Positions 10,107 through 19,976 of a DNA stretch of 64,000 nt are shown in pieces. The notes below the pieces were generated by a model. The model was not told where the DNA came from, did not search any database, and worked only from the letters and a program-made list of their open reading frames with translations. The stretch's first letter is position 1. Every line of letters starts with the position of its first letter. The stretch spans positions 233,165 to 297,164 of IMG/VR virus record IMGVR_UViG_3300048121_001678, one strand, 5' to 3'. Both the position numbers and the translations under genes were made by a program.

Positions 10107-10393
10107 AATGGGTTTCCTTTGCCTCTATTTATTCCTGAGTCCCATTTAGACGTACCGTCAATTGGATTGGCTTTACCTCTTGTTAATCCTGTTTCCCATG
10201 TTGTCATTGATGGTCCTGATGGTGCTGGTTCTCCATCATCTTGCTCATCAATTTCACCTTCAGTTTCATCATCAGGATAACAATCACATCCATCGTCATA
10301 ACCTTCAGGACCTTTATACATTGGACTATTAGGTTCTTCATCGATACCCATGACTTCCTTAATACGTGAAATATCTTCTTTTAATAACCCCAT
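10100..10393 (-). CDS. Small acidic protein with head-targeting-like leader
   Basis: MGLLKEDISRIKEVMG; TATTTAT at 10410-10416. Confidence 0.7.
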   Translation of the reverse strand: MGLLKEDISRIKEVMGIDEEPNSPMYKGPEGYDDGCDCYPDDETEGEIDEQDDGEPAPSGPSMTTWETGLTRGKANPIDGTSKWDSGINRGKGNPLW

Positions 10394-10453
10394 TAGGAAA
10401 CATTTCTATATAAATAGTTAGTTTTATTAAAAAATAGTTTGTATATTCGTTTT

Positions 10454-10711
10454 ATGAAGAACAAATATAACATTAATGAATCGGTTTATGATTGCAAAAC
10501 TAAAGAAGTGAAAACCATTAAGGATTTTGAATTTTTTGAATCTATGGTTTTATATTACTTTGATGGAGGTGGGGCATCTCCAGAGTCAAAATTATTATCA
10601 CCAATTTTCATGGAGTTTATGAATGTCGTAAACACGTCAATGGAAGAAAAAGAAAAAGAAATTGATAACGTATTAAAAAATATAACTAACGAACTAAACG
10701 AATTAGTCTAA
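10454..10711 (+). CDS. Hypothetical protein
   Basis: Likely start MKNKYNINES; coupled to the next gene (TAATG). Confidence 0.6.
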   Translation: MKNKYNINESVYDCKTKEVKTIKDFEFFESMVLYYFDGGGASPESKLLSPIFMEFMNVVNTSMEEKEKEIDNVLKNITNELNELV

Positions 10712-11217
10712 TGAAGAAATTACTATATCTATTACCCTTATTATTATTTGGTTGCGAAAAGTCGTACCCTACTTATCCAAACTTAGATGGGGAGTACGTA
10801 ATTGACCACGTAATTGTATTAACTGAAGACCAAGTATACGGATGGAGAGAGGACACTGTGTACCATTATGGTAGTTTTAATCTATTTGAACCTCAAACAC
10901 CGTTGGATACATTCTTAGTAGGTGTAACACGTTTTAAGGTAACCGACAATAATAGAACGTTCTATTGGAATAAAGACACCACAGTATTTGGTAATCCGTG
11001 GTCGTCAAGGGCGGAATGTACGGTACGTCAAGATATTTTATCAGGTCAATGGGATGTAATGTCAGTTCATTTCTTTAACACTAACACGGTAAGTAGGGTA
11101 TATGAAATATCATATGTGGGCATTGATGAGTTTTCTGTGTGGCAAACACAATACCCCTACAAGGCGGAAGGACCACAACATAAAATAAGGTACCACTTCA
11201 AAGAAGTAGGACCATAA
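10711..11217 (+). CDS. Putative lipoprotein
   Basis: MKKLLYLLPLLLFG-C lipobox, beta-rich mature domain. Confidence 0.7.
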   Translation: MKKLLYLLPLLLFGCEKSYPTYPNLDGEYVIDHVIVLTEDQVYGWREDTVYHYGSFNLFEPQTPLDTFLVGVTRFKVTDNNRTFYWNKDTTVFGNPWSSRAECTVRQDILSGQWDVMSVHFFNTNTVSRVYEISYVGIDEFSVWQTQYPYKAEGPQHKIRYHFKEVGP

Positions 11218-11240
11218 TAAAAGGAGGTGAAAACCTCCTT

Positions 11241-11693
11241 TTATTTTTTTAACATTTGTTGTATTGTTTCGATATTTTGAATGAACTTCTCAGGATTATC
11301 TTTAACCCATTGTTTTACACTTTCAGGTAGGTGAGATTTCTCCACTTCCTCCATCATCACTATTTTCATCGTTTTTCCCTGACTCTCCGACTCCACCATA
11401 ACGTCACCAAAAGCACCGTATAACTTTCTTCTTAATGTTGGTACTCCACTTTCAAAGGTTATATTGTAACCATTTTTTTTAGCCCATTGGCTTAATTGTT
11501 TCGTATCAAGAATATTATTTTTTTTAAAGGGGAAGTTTTTAATTAACCTTTCAGGGTCACCTTTAACACCAAATATCTTTAAAGATGGACTAACAACTAC
11601 GGTAATACTATTCTCATCAAAACCAAAAAATGTTGGTTTCGACAATTTAATTCTACCAAGTAGTTTAACCAATAAATCATTTATATTGTCCAT
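11241..11693 (-). CDS. Hypothetical protein
   Basis: Likely start MDNINDLL, directly after TATTTAT. Confidence 0.6.
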   Translation of the reverse strand: MDNINDLLVKLLGRIKLSKPTFFGFDENSITVVVSPSLKIFGVKGDPERLIKNFPFKKNNILDTKQLSQWAKKNGYNITFESGVPTLRRKLYGAFGDVMVESESQGKTMKIVMMEEVEKSHLPESVKQWVKDNPEKFIQNIETIQQMLKK

Positions 11694-11707
11694 ACTAATA
11701 AATATCA

Positions 11708-12013
11708 TTAAAGATATTCTTCACCAGGTAAATTTCCTTCAACTAAATAATATTCGTTAATAAAAGACAATAATTCATCCTCATCTATATAAAACTCATC
11801 CTCATCGTAATCTACTCCCCATTCATCATCTTCAAAATCATCTGAAAACTCACCAAAGTCTATAGAGTCATCATAACCATACTCTTTAAGTTTTTCATAT
11901 TCTATTGTATCTGTTCTCATTTTATCATAATCATCTCCAAGACATTTGAACTCAACTCTAATGACGTTAGACTCTTTACTTATAAAATGTGATATTATTT
12001 CAACTATTTCCAT
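11708..12013 (-). CDS. Acidic hypothetical protein
   Basis: 101 aa, D/E-rich. Confidence 0.65.
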   Translation of the reverse strand: MEIVEIISHFISKESNVIRVEFKCLGDDYDKMRTDTIEYEKLKEYGYDDSIDFGEFSDDFEDDEWGVDYDEDEFYIDEDELLSFINEYYLVEGNLPGEEYL

Positions 12014-12061
12014 TTCTATTTTCTAAAATTTGTTTTATCCTTTATATAAAATATATCAAAA

Positions 12062-12379
12062 ATGAATAAAAACCAATTAATTATTGAAGACTATGATATT
12101 TTCGATACTGAATTATCTGTATATTTCTCAGTTAATCAAGAGTTAGACGTTAGAGAAGGTATAATAGATATCGATGAATTAGATACATGGCTTGAAAGTA
12201 TGGGACATTATGAGATGTCTGAAGATTGTTGGGATTATGCTACTGAATCACATTACACCAAAGATTGGACTATAGATTTTTATGAATATAAATCAGAGTT
12301 TTTAAGTGTCGACGACATAGTTGAGTTTACACATGATTATTATAAAGATAAAGCATTACCAAATTTTGTGGAAGAATGA
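12062..12379 (+). CDS. Acidic hypothetical protein
   Basis: 105 aa; ATGA overlap with the epimerase gene. Confidence 0.65.
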   Translation: MNKNQLIIEDYDIFDTELSVYFSVNQELDVREGIIDIDELDTWLESMGHYEMSEDCWDYATESHYTKDWTIDFYEYKSEFLSVDDIVEFTHDYYKDKALPNFVEE

Positions 12380-13014
12380 AAATACTATCAACGTCATTAG
12401 ATAACGTATATTTAATTGAAGAATCCGTACATAAAGATAATCGAGGATATTTTATGGAGACTTGGAATGAAATGGGATACTCATCAAAGAATCTTATTAA
12501 TGATTTATCCGTCGAATGGGCAGTAAAAGATGATGGGACAATGAATTCAACCTATTTTGTACAGGACAACCTATCCGTATCACATAAGGGTGTTTTTAGA
12601 GGACTTCATTACCAAACTGACATAAACGGACAAGCAAAACTAGTGAGGGTCCTGAAGGGGTCTGTAGTGGACTTTGTGGTGGATTTACGTGAGATGTCAG
12701 ACACCTATGGTAAGTTCGAGTATTTCGAATTAAATGATACGAATAATCTATCATTATTTGTACCACCGTACTATGCACATGGTTTCTTATCACTGAAAGA
12801 CGATACTATATTCACATATAAATGTGGTAATTACTATAATAAAAATTCAGAAGGTAGTATTGTTTATTCTGACCCAATCATTAGACACGTAAATGACTAT
12901 AGTCAAACAATAAAAGACGTAATTGATTTCTATCACCCTTGTGAAAGTGAAGATGATTTATTACTTTCGTATAAAGATAAACACGCACCTAAATTCTTAA
13001 AACGTAAATATTAA
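12376..13014 (+). CDS. rfbC: dTDP-4-dehydrorhamnose 3,5-epimerase
   Basis: DNRGYFME, FVQDNLSVS.KGVFRGLHYQ, QAKLVRV..G.V.DFVVDLR, AHGFL motifs. Confidence 0.93.
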   Translation: MKILSTSLDNVYLIEESVHKDNRGYFMETWNEMGYSSKNLINDLSVEWAVKDDGTMNSTYFVQDNLSVSHKGVFRGLHYQTDINGQAKLVRVLKGSVVDFVVDLREMSDTYGKFEYFELNDTNNLSLFVPPYYAHGFLSLKDDTIFTYKCGNYYNKNSEGSIVYSDPIIRHVNDYSQTIKDVIDFYHPCESEDDLLLSYKDKHAPKFLKRKY

Positions 13015-13015
13015 T

Positions 13016-13207
13016 ATGGAAATTATTAAAAACATGGAAGCCCTGAATAAGGCAAGGAACATTGTACATTCTTGTGACACGTACAAACAACTAGATGTTG
13101 CTCAAAGATTCTGTGAGTTATATTATGAAGTCTTTAATGACCGAGTAAATTACGAACGACTACTTCGCGACATTACAATTCGTAGAACTGAATTGACTAT
13201 GGAATAA
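13016..13207 (+). CDS. Small hypothetical protein
   Basis: 63 aa, followed by a terminator at about 13209-13240. Confidence 0.6.
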   Translation: MEIIKNMEALNKARNIVHSCDTYKQLDVAQRFCELYYEVFNDRVNYERLLRDITIRRTELTME

Positions 13208-13241
13208 TAAAAAACCCCTCGATTGAGGGGTTTTCTTTTTT

Positions 13242-13778
13242 TTAGTTAAATTTATTAAACCGATTAAAGTTCTCTAAGATTGTATCTCTTTCGGTTTTGA
13301 ATGCTTCGTGGAGGTCCTCATCGATTTCCTCATACATTCCACATTGTTCTGAACATTCACCTTCTCTCATTTCTGAACCACATTGTTCACACATTTCTTT
13401 TTCGTCTAACTTGTGGTCGTGACCTTCACACTCACAATCTTCAACAGGACTATCACATGAAGGACAAGTTTCACCTTCACCCATAACCATCTCACCATCC
13501 TCAGGACCGTCAGATACAAAGTCATAAGCCGGTTCAACATTAGAAACGTCCATATCAGGAGCATCAATAACTGCTTGTTCCTGTAGGTTGTTATCGTACA
13601 CCTTAACTTCACCAGTATTAGTAATCTGAAGACCGTTTTTATCCTGTGCCAAATCCTCAACCGTCAACGGTGTTTGATTTGATGGAACATTCCCAGTGGC
13701 GTAACCATCATAGAAACTTCTATGTGTATTGAGGATAGATGCTCTTTCCTCGTCTGATATCATTGAATAACCTCTCAT
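13242..13778 (-). CDS. Acidic Cys-rich protein with head-targeting-like leader (scaffold-like)
   Basis: ISDEERASILNTH leader, CEQCG..EGEC.EQCG module; TATTTAT at 13794-13800. Confidence 0.7.
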   Translation of the reverse strand: MRGYSMISDEERASILNTHRSFYDGYATGNVPSNQTPLTVEDLAQDKNGLQITNTGEVKVYDNNLQEQAVIDAPDMDVSNVEPAYDFVSDGPEDGEMVMGEGETCPSCDSPVEDCECEGHDHKLDEKEMCEQCGSEMREGECSEQCGMYEEIDEDLHEAFKTERDTILENFNRFNKFN

Positions 13779-13849
13779 AATTGTATTTTTATTATAAATA
13801 GTATTTGAAAGTGAAATATCTTTTTATTATCTTTACAAAAAAGATTTAT

Positions 13850-14122
13850 ATGGAAATAGTAGATATTGATTTGGATAACATACATGAAATGGCTGAAGGG
13901 GCGATAATCTTAGATGGTTTAGATAATGCGATAATAGGGATAACTGAAGAGTTCGGTATGGAACCCAGAATCCTTTACTCGGTTAATAAGATTTTAGATA
14001 TATTATCTAACGATGGTATGACTAATCGTGAAGAAGCGTTAGAGTATTATTATTACAATATAGTTGGGGGTTATTTTGGGGAGAGAAACCCAATCTTTTT
14101 GTCTGACCATTTGGTATATTAA
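13850..14122 (+). CDS. Hypothetical phage protein
   Basis: Likely start MEIVDID; AIILDGLDNAIIG..EEALEYYYYNI.G.Y.GE..PIF. Confidence 0.65.
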   Translation: MEIVDIDLDNIHEMAEGAIILDGLDNAIIGITEEFGMEPRILYSVNKILDILSNDGMTNREEALEYYYYNIVGGYFGERNPIFLSDHLVY

Positions 14123-14164
14123 AACATAACCGTTATATTTGTTTAACATTAAAAAATAAAATAT

Positions 14165-14551
14165 ATGCCATACATAAATCCATATGAGTTACCAACACAA
14201 TACAAAGAACACAAAGAACTCGGACGATTGATTCGTAAACAAAGATTCAATGTGACTGAGTATGATAATGCTACTAATTTGGATTTTCGTATAACATATA
14301 TCAAAATGTCTGATTACTACAGAGACATAGAAGTGAATGTAAAGGTTTCAGGAACTCTATATCAATGGGGATACTGGGGACGACAGACAAATTCAGGAGG
14401 TAGACGCATTACTGGAATGGTAAATCCACGTAGTCGTAATAGCGACATCCGTTCTGCAATCCAAAAAGAAATTCGTGACTTTTTTAAGTTATTTGGGGTT
14501 GAGAAATATCGTGTTAATATAAAGAAAGTTACAGTAGCAGAGTCTATTTAA
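14165..14551 (+). CDS. Hypothetical protein, paralog of 27375..27749
   Basis: Similar layout ending IRxFFKLFG..Y.VNIKKVT; TATATTTG at 14134-14141. Confidence 0.65.
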   Translation: MPYINPYELPTQYKEHKELGRLIRKQRFNVTEYDNATNLDFRITYIKMSDYYRDIEVNVKVSGTLYQWGYWGRQTNSGGRRITGMVNPRSRNSDIRSAIQKEIRDFFKLFGVEKYRVNIKKVTVAESI

Positions 14552-14552
14552 T

Positions 14553-15143
14553 CTACTTCATCATAATGAAGGCTCGAAGAGCTTGTTTGGCTAATAACTT
14601 AACCTCACGGTTCATGTTTTCCAAACTTGGCTCTTTACCCTTTCGTTCTAAGGATTCGATAGATAGACGAATCATTGCATGTTTGGCGTCATCCGCAGCA
14701 TCATATAACTCCACATACTTATCCTCATCATAATTTTCATATTGATTAAACTGAATATAACGTCTAAGATAATCTGAACCTGAATAAATAAAGTGGGTAG
14801 ATTCCAACATATTCATTACACCTGACATTCTTAATTTCTCGAAGAAGTCATACAAGATTTTGTTCTCACGACCCAATACATCTGAAACCGCTTGCCATTC
14901 AGTCCAATGGTGATTACCACCTTCATTTAGTCTTTCACCCTCATCTAACAACCATAAATCCTCAGCAGATACAATTGAAAGGTTGCGACCATTTTCCCAA
15001 TCAACAGATATTAATAGGTCATCTTTTTCAAATGGGTCTTCCTGAACTCTGGTGACAACACCTTTAGTACCTGGTGTCATACCTTGTTCGTCTTTCATAT
15101 AGACCAACACTATTTTATCACCTTCTTTAACTTTAGGATTCAT
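14553..15143 (-). CDS. DUF4314-like N-terminal domain plus helical domain
   Basis: GDKIVLVYMKD..PGTKGVV..V.WENG..L; internal RLNEG; TATTTAT at 15163-15169. Confidence 0.6.
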   Translation of the reverse strand: MNPKVKEGDKIVLVYMKDEQGMTPGTKGVVTRVQEDPFEKDDLLISVDWENGRNLSIVSAEDLWLLDEGERLNEGGNHHWTEWQAVSDVLGRENKILYDFFEKLRMSGVMNMLESTHFIYSGSDYLRRYIQFNQYENYDEDKYVELYDAADDAKHAMIRLSIESLERKGKEPSLENMNREVKLLAKQALRAFIMMK

Positions 15144-15203
15144 AATAATTTATTGTTTTAGTATAAATACTATTAATTATATATTTATTCTAAAAGAGTT
15201 TAC

Positions 15204-15878
15204 ATGCAATACATAATAACAGAAGAACAACATCAATTAATCCTTACAGAAGGTTTTAAAGATGCTGTAGAAAATCGTTTAAAAAATGCGTACAACTTTA
15301 CTAAAGATATCATAGCTAAAACTAAAGAACAATTTGGTAATAGTTTTAGATTTGCACTTACATATGGTGCCGGTATCGGAGCATTGGCACCCGCAATTGA
15401 TGAATACTTAAGAGGTTCATTTAGTGGATTAGACGACTCCCAAATTGCAAGTCTTATAATGTCAGCAATCTCTATAGTGTTTTTCAATACTAAGGATTAT
15501 TTGGACATATATAAAAAAATGAAAAAAGATGGTCTTATAGATGAATTAGGGTCAGCAGTATCATTCACTGAAAAATTAAAGTCTCGCGTATCAAAAATTT
15601 TAGACGTTTTAGGTATCGCCACTTATCAAGCATTGGATGTCGTTTCATTTTCGTTCTTATTACCTATTTTACCAGCAATTATTAAAATGTTAAGTGACAC
15701 AGATTTAGATATGGTGGCACTTAAAGGTTTACTTAATTCTTCGTTTATTACTGTAAGTGCAATAACCCTTCAAAAGATTATCGGGAAATTAAGCGAAAAA
15801 ATTTCACCCAAAAACTCTTCTGATGATGTAAGTGAACCTGAGGGTGAATTCCAATCTCCTGAGTCAGATATTGTTTAA
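15204..15878 (+). CDS. Hydrophobic protein with head-targeting-like leader
   Basis: MQYIITEEQHQLILTEG; TATTTAT at 15182-15188; several hydrophobic helices. Confidence 0.7.
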   Translation: MQYIITEEQHQLILTEGFKDAVENRLKNAYNFTKDIIAKTKEQFGNSFRFALTYGAGIGALAPAIDEYLRGSFSGLDDSQIASLIMSAISIVFFNTKDYLDIYKKMKKDGLIDELGSAVSFTEKLKSRVSKILDVLGIATYQALDVVSFSFLLPILPAIIKMLSDTDLDMVALKGLLNSSFITVSAITLQKIIGKLSEKISPKNSSDDVSEPEGEFQSPESDIV

Positions 15879-16075
15879 GAGATTCTTGAGCTTCCTCTAA
15901 AGTGTTGTTTTGTTGGTATTTATGTGGGATTTTACCTGTCTTATATTTCTTTCTTAAAACGTAAGATATATCCCTTTTCTTAATTAGGAAAAGTCTATTA
16001 CCTTTACTATCCGATGATTCTTCAATTCTAAATTGTTTAAGGATAAATTCTGGAAATTCATTAAATGATACCATA

Positions 16076-16429
16076 TTAAATAAATTCGAAATCTTTTCTT
16101 ACTTCATAGTAATGTACACCCATTGAGTAATAAAGTAGTTTTACCTTACCTTTGTCTCTCTCCTTACCAACTTGTACCCTTTTATCGTGTTCATCTAACT
16201 TGAGTCCAATAATTTTATACCCATGACTAGCCAAACTTGATGGGTGTGAGTGTACAACTATCACATCAGGTTTTGTATGGTCAACTATACTTTTAATAAT
16301 TTGAGTTTTCGTACCACCATATTTTAACCCATATGATTTTGCCAGTATTTTTAACTCCTGTAGTGACTTACCCTTTAAATCTTCCTTATTTACTTCCATA
16401 ATAACTGAATTAATACGACACAAAGACAT
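16076..16429 (-). CDS. Protein with SAP/Rho-N-like helical motif
   Basis: LKGKSLQELKILAKSYGLKYGGTKTQII. Confidence 0.55.
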   Translation of the reverse strand: MSLCRINSVIMEVNKEDLKGKSLQELKILAKSYGLKYGGTKTQIIKSIVDHTKPDVIVVHSHPSSLASHGYKIIGLKLDEHDKRVQVGKERDKGKVKLLYYSMGVHYYEVRKDFEFI

Positions 16430-16731
16430 AATGATAGTGAAACAGCATTCTTCATAGTTAACGTCTCACCTAAAATAACATAACTTAAAAATAACATCAC
16501 TAATATCCCTAAACTAAATTGTAGTAGTCTCGCACTCCAAGCAGTTCCCATTGATGAATATGCAAATCGTGCCCCATAAATAAATAAGTAAGATAAGGGT
16601 ACACCTAAAAATACCGCATTAAACCAAACATTCTCTTTAAACCATGGATATTTAACCTGAGCAAATTGCTGAAACCACGCACCGACCTGTGCGATTAAAA
16701 GTAATGATATTGCAAGTAATGTCTCTTTCAT
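16390..16731 (-). CDS. Small 4-TM membrane protein (DMT/SMR-like)
   Basis: Four hydrophobic helices, ending LGETLTMKNAVSLSLC. Confidence 0.65.
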   Translation of the reverse strand: MKETLLAISLLLIAQVGAWFQQFAQVKYPWFKENVWFNAVFLGVPLSYLFIYGARFAYSSMGTAWSARLLQFSLGILVMLFLSYVILGETLTMKNAVSLSLCLCVVLIQLLWK

Positions 16732-16770
16732 TACTACAAATATATAAAAATAAAAAGAAACATCAAAACT

Positions 16771-16935
16771 TTAGTCTGATGTTTCCCCATACATTAACTC
16801 TTGTAAGTCTTCTAAATACTCATTATCGTAGTCCCAATCATAGAATGCTGATGCATCAAAAGGTGCTTCGTCCAAAGAGTGTTTTTCTGGTCGTACAAGA
16901 GTTGTTATTTTAAAATAACTAACTCTGTCTTTCAT
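16771..16935 (-). CDS. 54 aa acidic hypothetical protein (not in the ORF track)
   Basis: MKDRVSYFKIT..GETSD*; TATTTAT upstream at about 16964-16970. Confidence 0.55.
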   Translation of the reverse strand: MKDRVSYFKITTLVRPEKHSLDEAPFDASAFYDWDYDNEYLEDLQELMYGETSD

Positions 16936-17021
16936 AAAAATTAGGGGATTTTGGTCCGTTACTAATAAATACTCAGAACAGAAAGATAAAGATGTAAAAA
17001 ATGATGAAATTATTAACTATT

Positions 17022-17441
17022 TTATTCAGGGAAATAATTATAGGTATAACTAAAGGTAGCCTTACCATTTTTTTCACCTTCAAAACCCCATTCATATTCA
17101 GATGACTTGAAATAACCAACCATATCGTCACTGTCATCAATAGGGGTAAACCTTTTTACGAACTCACCGTCTTGACCAATTTCAATACCTGTAAAGAAAT
17201 TAAATTGTTTGTCGTCACATTCGTTAACTGCTCTCATGTAAACACCAACGTCAGGGTCTGATACATCAAATACGTATTCAGTATCAAAATTAACCTCAGC
17301 GGCACTATCATTATCACCAAACCATGAAATGGCGACATTACTAATCTTTGGGTCGGAATTACGTCCATGTTTGGTTTGGTAAACATATAACATCACCTGT
17401 AAAGATGATTTCACATTATTTTCAAATACTTTCTTATCCAT
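17022..17441 (-). CDS. Hypothetical protein
   Basis: 139 aa; overlaps the stop of the upstream gene. Confidence 0.65.
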   Translation of the reverse strand: MDKKVFENNVKSSLQVMLYVYQTKHGRNSDPKISNVAISWFGDNDSAAEVNFDTEYVFDVSDPDVGVYMRAVNECDDKQFNFFTGIEIGQDGEFVKRFTPIDDSDDMVGYFKSSEYEWGFEGEKNGKATFSYTYNYFPE

Positions 17442-18240
17442 ACTTCTTTTTATATTCGTCAGTTAAAAATGACACTAACTCCTCAACATCCTCGTCAGAA
17501 AGTTGATGAATCTCTTTATTTCTATTGAACCATCCTTGGATAACTTGCTTTGGTGGTTGTTTTCTTAATTTAACTATTCTTCTAAATCCTGAAACTTCAG
17601 CAGGTACTTCGTGGTCTTGTTTATAGTAATCTTTATCTGTCGGAGTTTCTTTATCTTCGTCTTTTACAACATCTCTATACCCAAATTCTTGTAATACATG
17701 CTCCATTTCGTGAGCAATAATATCATTTAAGTCTGCAACTAAATCATAATATGCTTCAGGAAACTTTGTTGGATTCATAGTTAACCTAACGTCAATCTCA
17801 TCACCATCTTCTGCGGTATTACCGTCAATCAAGTAATCACCATTAATAGACATGTCCTCATTGACCGTTAACTCAACACTAAATGTTGGTATTTTAGGAA
17901 AGATGTATAACATCCCCTCACTACCTGACACCTCTTCAGGTAAAAAATAGTGACCTGGACCTTTTTTAACTAACCCCAACAAATCCCTAACTACTGTCCT
18001 AACAGGTAAATCGAGTTTAGAGCCTTCAGTTATTAGCGAGTCAGATTTAATAGACTCAAAGATTTGAGTTTTAAGTTTATCAATAATCATTTGGGGATTA
18101 TCGTCCTCATAAAATGCGGTTTTTATTCTGAAGTAATTTTTCCTTAGTTGGTATTTAACCATCTTTGGACTTGCACCCATCTCAGATAGTTCATCCGCAA
18201 TTCCCATTAAATAATCATTAAATTCTGGTCCCATAAACAT
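17434..18240 (-). CDS. Putative zincin-like metallopeptidase-domain protein
   Basis: IIAHEMEHVLQ (HExxH) followed by HEVPAE; internal LITEG. Confidence 0.6.
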   Translation of the reverse strand: MFMGPEFNDYLMGIADELSEMGASPKMVKYQLRKNYFRIKTAFYEDDNPQMIIDKLKTQIFESIKSDSLITEGSKLDLPVRTVVRDLLGLVKKGPGHYFLPEEVSGSEGMLYIFPKIPTFSVELTVNEDMSINGDYLIDGNTAEDGDEIDVRLTMNPTKFPEAYYDLVADLNDIIAHEMEHVLQEFGYRDVVKDEDKETPTDKDYYKQDHEVPAEVSGFRRIVKLRKQPPKQVIQGWFNRNKEIHQLSDEDVEELVSFLTDEYKKKYG

Positions 18241-18261
18241 AAATAGTCTAAAATATAAATA

Positions 18262-18714
18262 TCACAACGCGTTTAATCTATACTTAAAAGAAAGACCAAT
18301 ACCAAAATTAATTTCCTGAGATATATTCATCATCAAAGAAACGTCGGTCATTCTATTGTTTTGAGTTAACATTTTTAGTGGGTGAAAACGAACTAAGAAA
18401 TTAGGTATAACCTCATAATCACTTCCCGTTCCCCATAGGATAGTTCCACCACCACCTAAGTTCACACTATTCTGAAATAAGGCTACATTCACACCTAAAG
18501 TATTTGGTATCCCGTATCTATAGTCCGATTGATTTAGAATCTGTGATGCCTCCCACATAGTATACAACCCAAAGGGACTATATTCTGTGGTTAGGTTAAT
18601 ATTATCAGTACATAGGACTACCGTCTCAGTTGCAGGGATAAACCCGATGGTTGATGATTGTGAGTATACTTTAATACTCAACAATAAAAGTAATGTTACT
18701 ATTGTCTGTTTCAT
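18262..18714 (-). CDS. Putative secreted or outer-membrane beta-rich protein
   Basis: Signal peptide MKQTIVTLLLLLSIKVYS; amphipathic strands ending FGIGLSFKY. Confidence 0.55.
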   Translation of the reverse strand: MKQTIVTLLLLLSIKVYSQSSTIGFIPATETVVLCTDNINLTTEYSPFGLYTMWEASQILNQSDYRYGIPNTLGVNVALFQNSVNLGGGGTILWGTGSDYEVIPNFLVRFHPLKMLTQNNRMTDVSLMMNISQEINFGIGLSFKYRLNAL

Positions 18715-18846
18715 AAAATTTATCTATTATCTACAAATATACTAAAAAAAATCAAATGGGACTACTAAAAGAATATTTTTTGAATAATTTACCAAACGAC
18801 GACGATGTATTAGAAAAAATGTATTATCTTTGTCTCGAAGAACAGG

Positions 18847-18900
18847 AATACTATGAACAATCTGAAAGACATAAATACTATGAACAATCTGAAAGACATA
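18847..18900 (+). repeat. 27-bp perfect tandem duplication of a translation start region
   Basis: aatactatgaacaatctgaaagacata x2. Confidence 0.9.
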
Positions 18901-19311
18901 TTTAAGAAGGAACTACAACTCAAAGGTGATAAAGCATTGTTGGATGCTCGATATATGGGTATTGGACACGATGATATCTTTACCGTATACGATGAGTTAG
19001 GTATGGACCTCCCAATCAAGCTTATACAAAACTCTCTTCGATGGGGTCCTACTGAAAGAGGTTGGGGTAACGGATATGTTCGTATTGCTGAGGGTCACAA
19101 ATACTACGGTATGGACTATATGGATATTCCTGCCAATGTTCATGGTGGTTTAACTTTTGGTGACCATATTATGGATAGTAATACATGGTCCGATGGATAC
19201 TGGGTGGGATTTGATACCGCTCATTACGGAGATAACTCAGACATTTGGACCATAGATACGGTATCTGATGAGACCATAGATTTATTTAATCAAATCTACG
19301 GATTGAGTTAA
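18880..19311 (+). CDS. Hypothetical phage protein (VHGGLT motif)
   Basis: GNGYV..H..YG..VHGGLTF..GFDTAH.GD; promoter TATCTTTG at 18825-18832. Confidence 0.7.
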   Translation: MNNLKDIFKKELQLKGDKALLDARYMGIGHDDIFTVYDELGMDLPIKLIQNSLRWGPTERGWGNGYVRIAEGHKYYGMDYMDIPANVHGGLTFGDHIMDSNTWSDGYWVGFDTAHYGDNSDIWTIDTVSDETIDLFNQIYGLS

Positions 19312-19373
19312 TTTACAAAGGGGGCTTTACAGTCCCCTTTTTTTATCCTACTTATTAGGGAAACTTTATACAT

Positions 19374-19976
19374 ATGAAATGCAAACTATTATCGAAAACA
19401 TTATTGTTTGGTCTATTACTATTGCTTGGTTCGGGTACCTTATTTGGGCAGACCGTAAAAATAATAAAAACAGACATCTTTGAGGTTGAGTACTCAGAAG
19501 AATTAGAACAACCATTAAAACTCATATACACCGTAGAATGTCCTTTGGGTGATGCATCTCGTAGTGGTTTAGACTTTAGGAAATACGAAGGAGTAAAAAC
19601 ATCCGATAACGATGATTACAGTAATAACGTATATGACAAAGGTCACTTAGCACCTGCGGCAGCATTCAATTGTGACAGAGAGATGGTCAGGTCCACATTC
19701 ACATATATTAACTGTGCATTACAACACGAAGGTCTTAATCGTGGCCCATGGAAAGAGTTAGAGAGGTTCGAAAGAAACTTGGCAAAGATTTACCCTGAAG
19801 TAATAGTTCTAATTACCGTTAACTTCGAGGAAATACCTGAAAGAGTACCAGGTGGGGCAGCAATACCCACATCGTTTACCAAAGAAATTCACTTTGATGA
19901 CCGTACTATTAAATTTTTATTTCCCAATCAAGATGTTGCTGGCGAAGATTGGGTAAACTTTTTAGTTATATATTAA
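19374..19976 (+). CDS. DNA/RNA non-specific endonuclease (NucA/EndoG family) with signal peptide
   Basis: YDKGHLAPAA, TF.YINCALQHEGLNRGPWKELE. Confidence 0.9.
   Translation: MKCKLLSKTLLFGLLLLLGSGTLFGQTVKIIKTDIFEVEYSEELEQPLKLIYTVECPLGDASRSGLDFRKYEGVKTSDNDDYSNNVYDKGHLAPAAAFNCDREMVRSTFTYINCALQHEGLNRGPWKELERFERNLAKIYPEVIVLITVNFEEIPERVPGGAAIPTSFTKEIHFDDRTIKFLFPNQDVAGEDWVNFLVIY

Noticed and set aside
15778-16074. ORF 15778..16074(-) as a confident gene
   Set aside because: Overlaps the 3' end of 15204..15878 by about 100 nt and has no motif; may be real but is unsupported.
16689-16913. ORF-track protein on the + strand
   Set aside because: A better minus-strand ORF (16771..16935) with a TATTTAT promoter occupies the same space.
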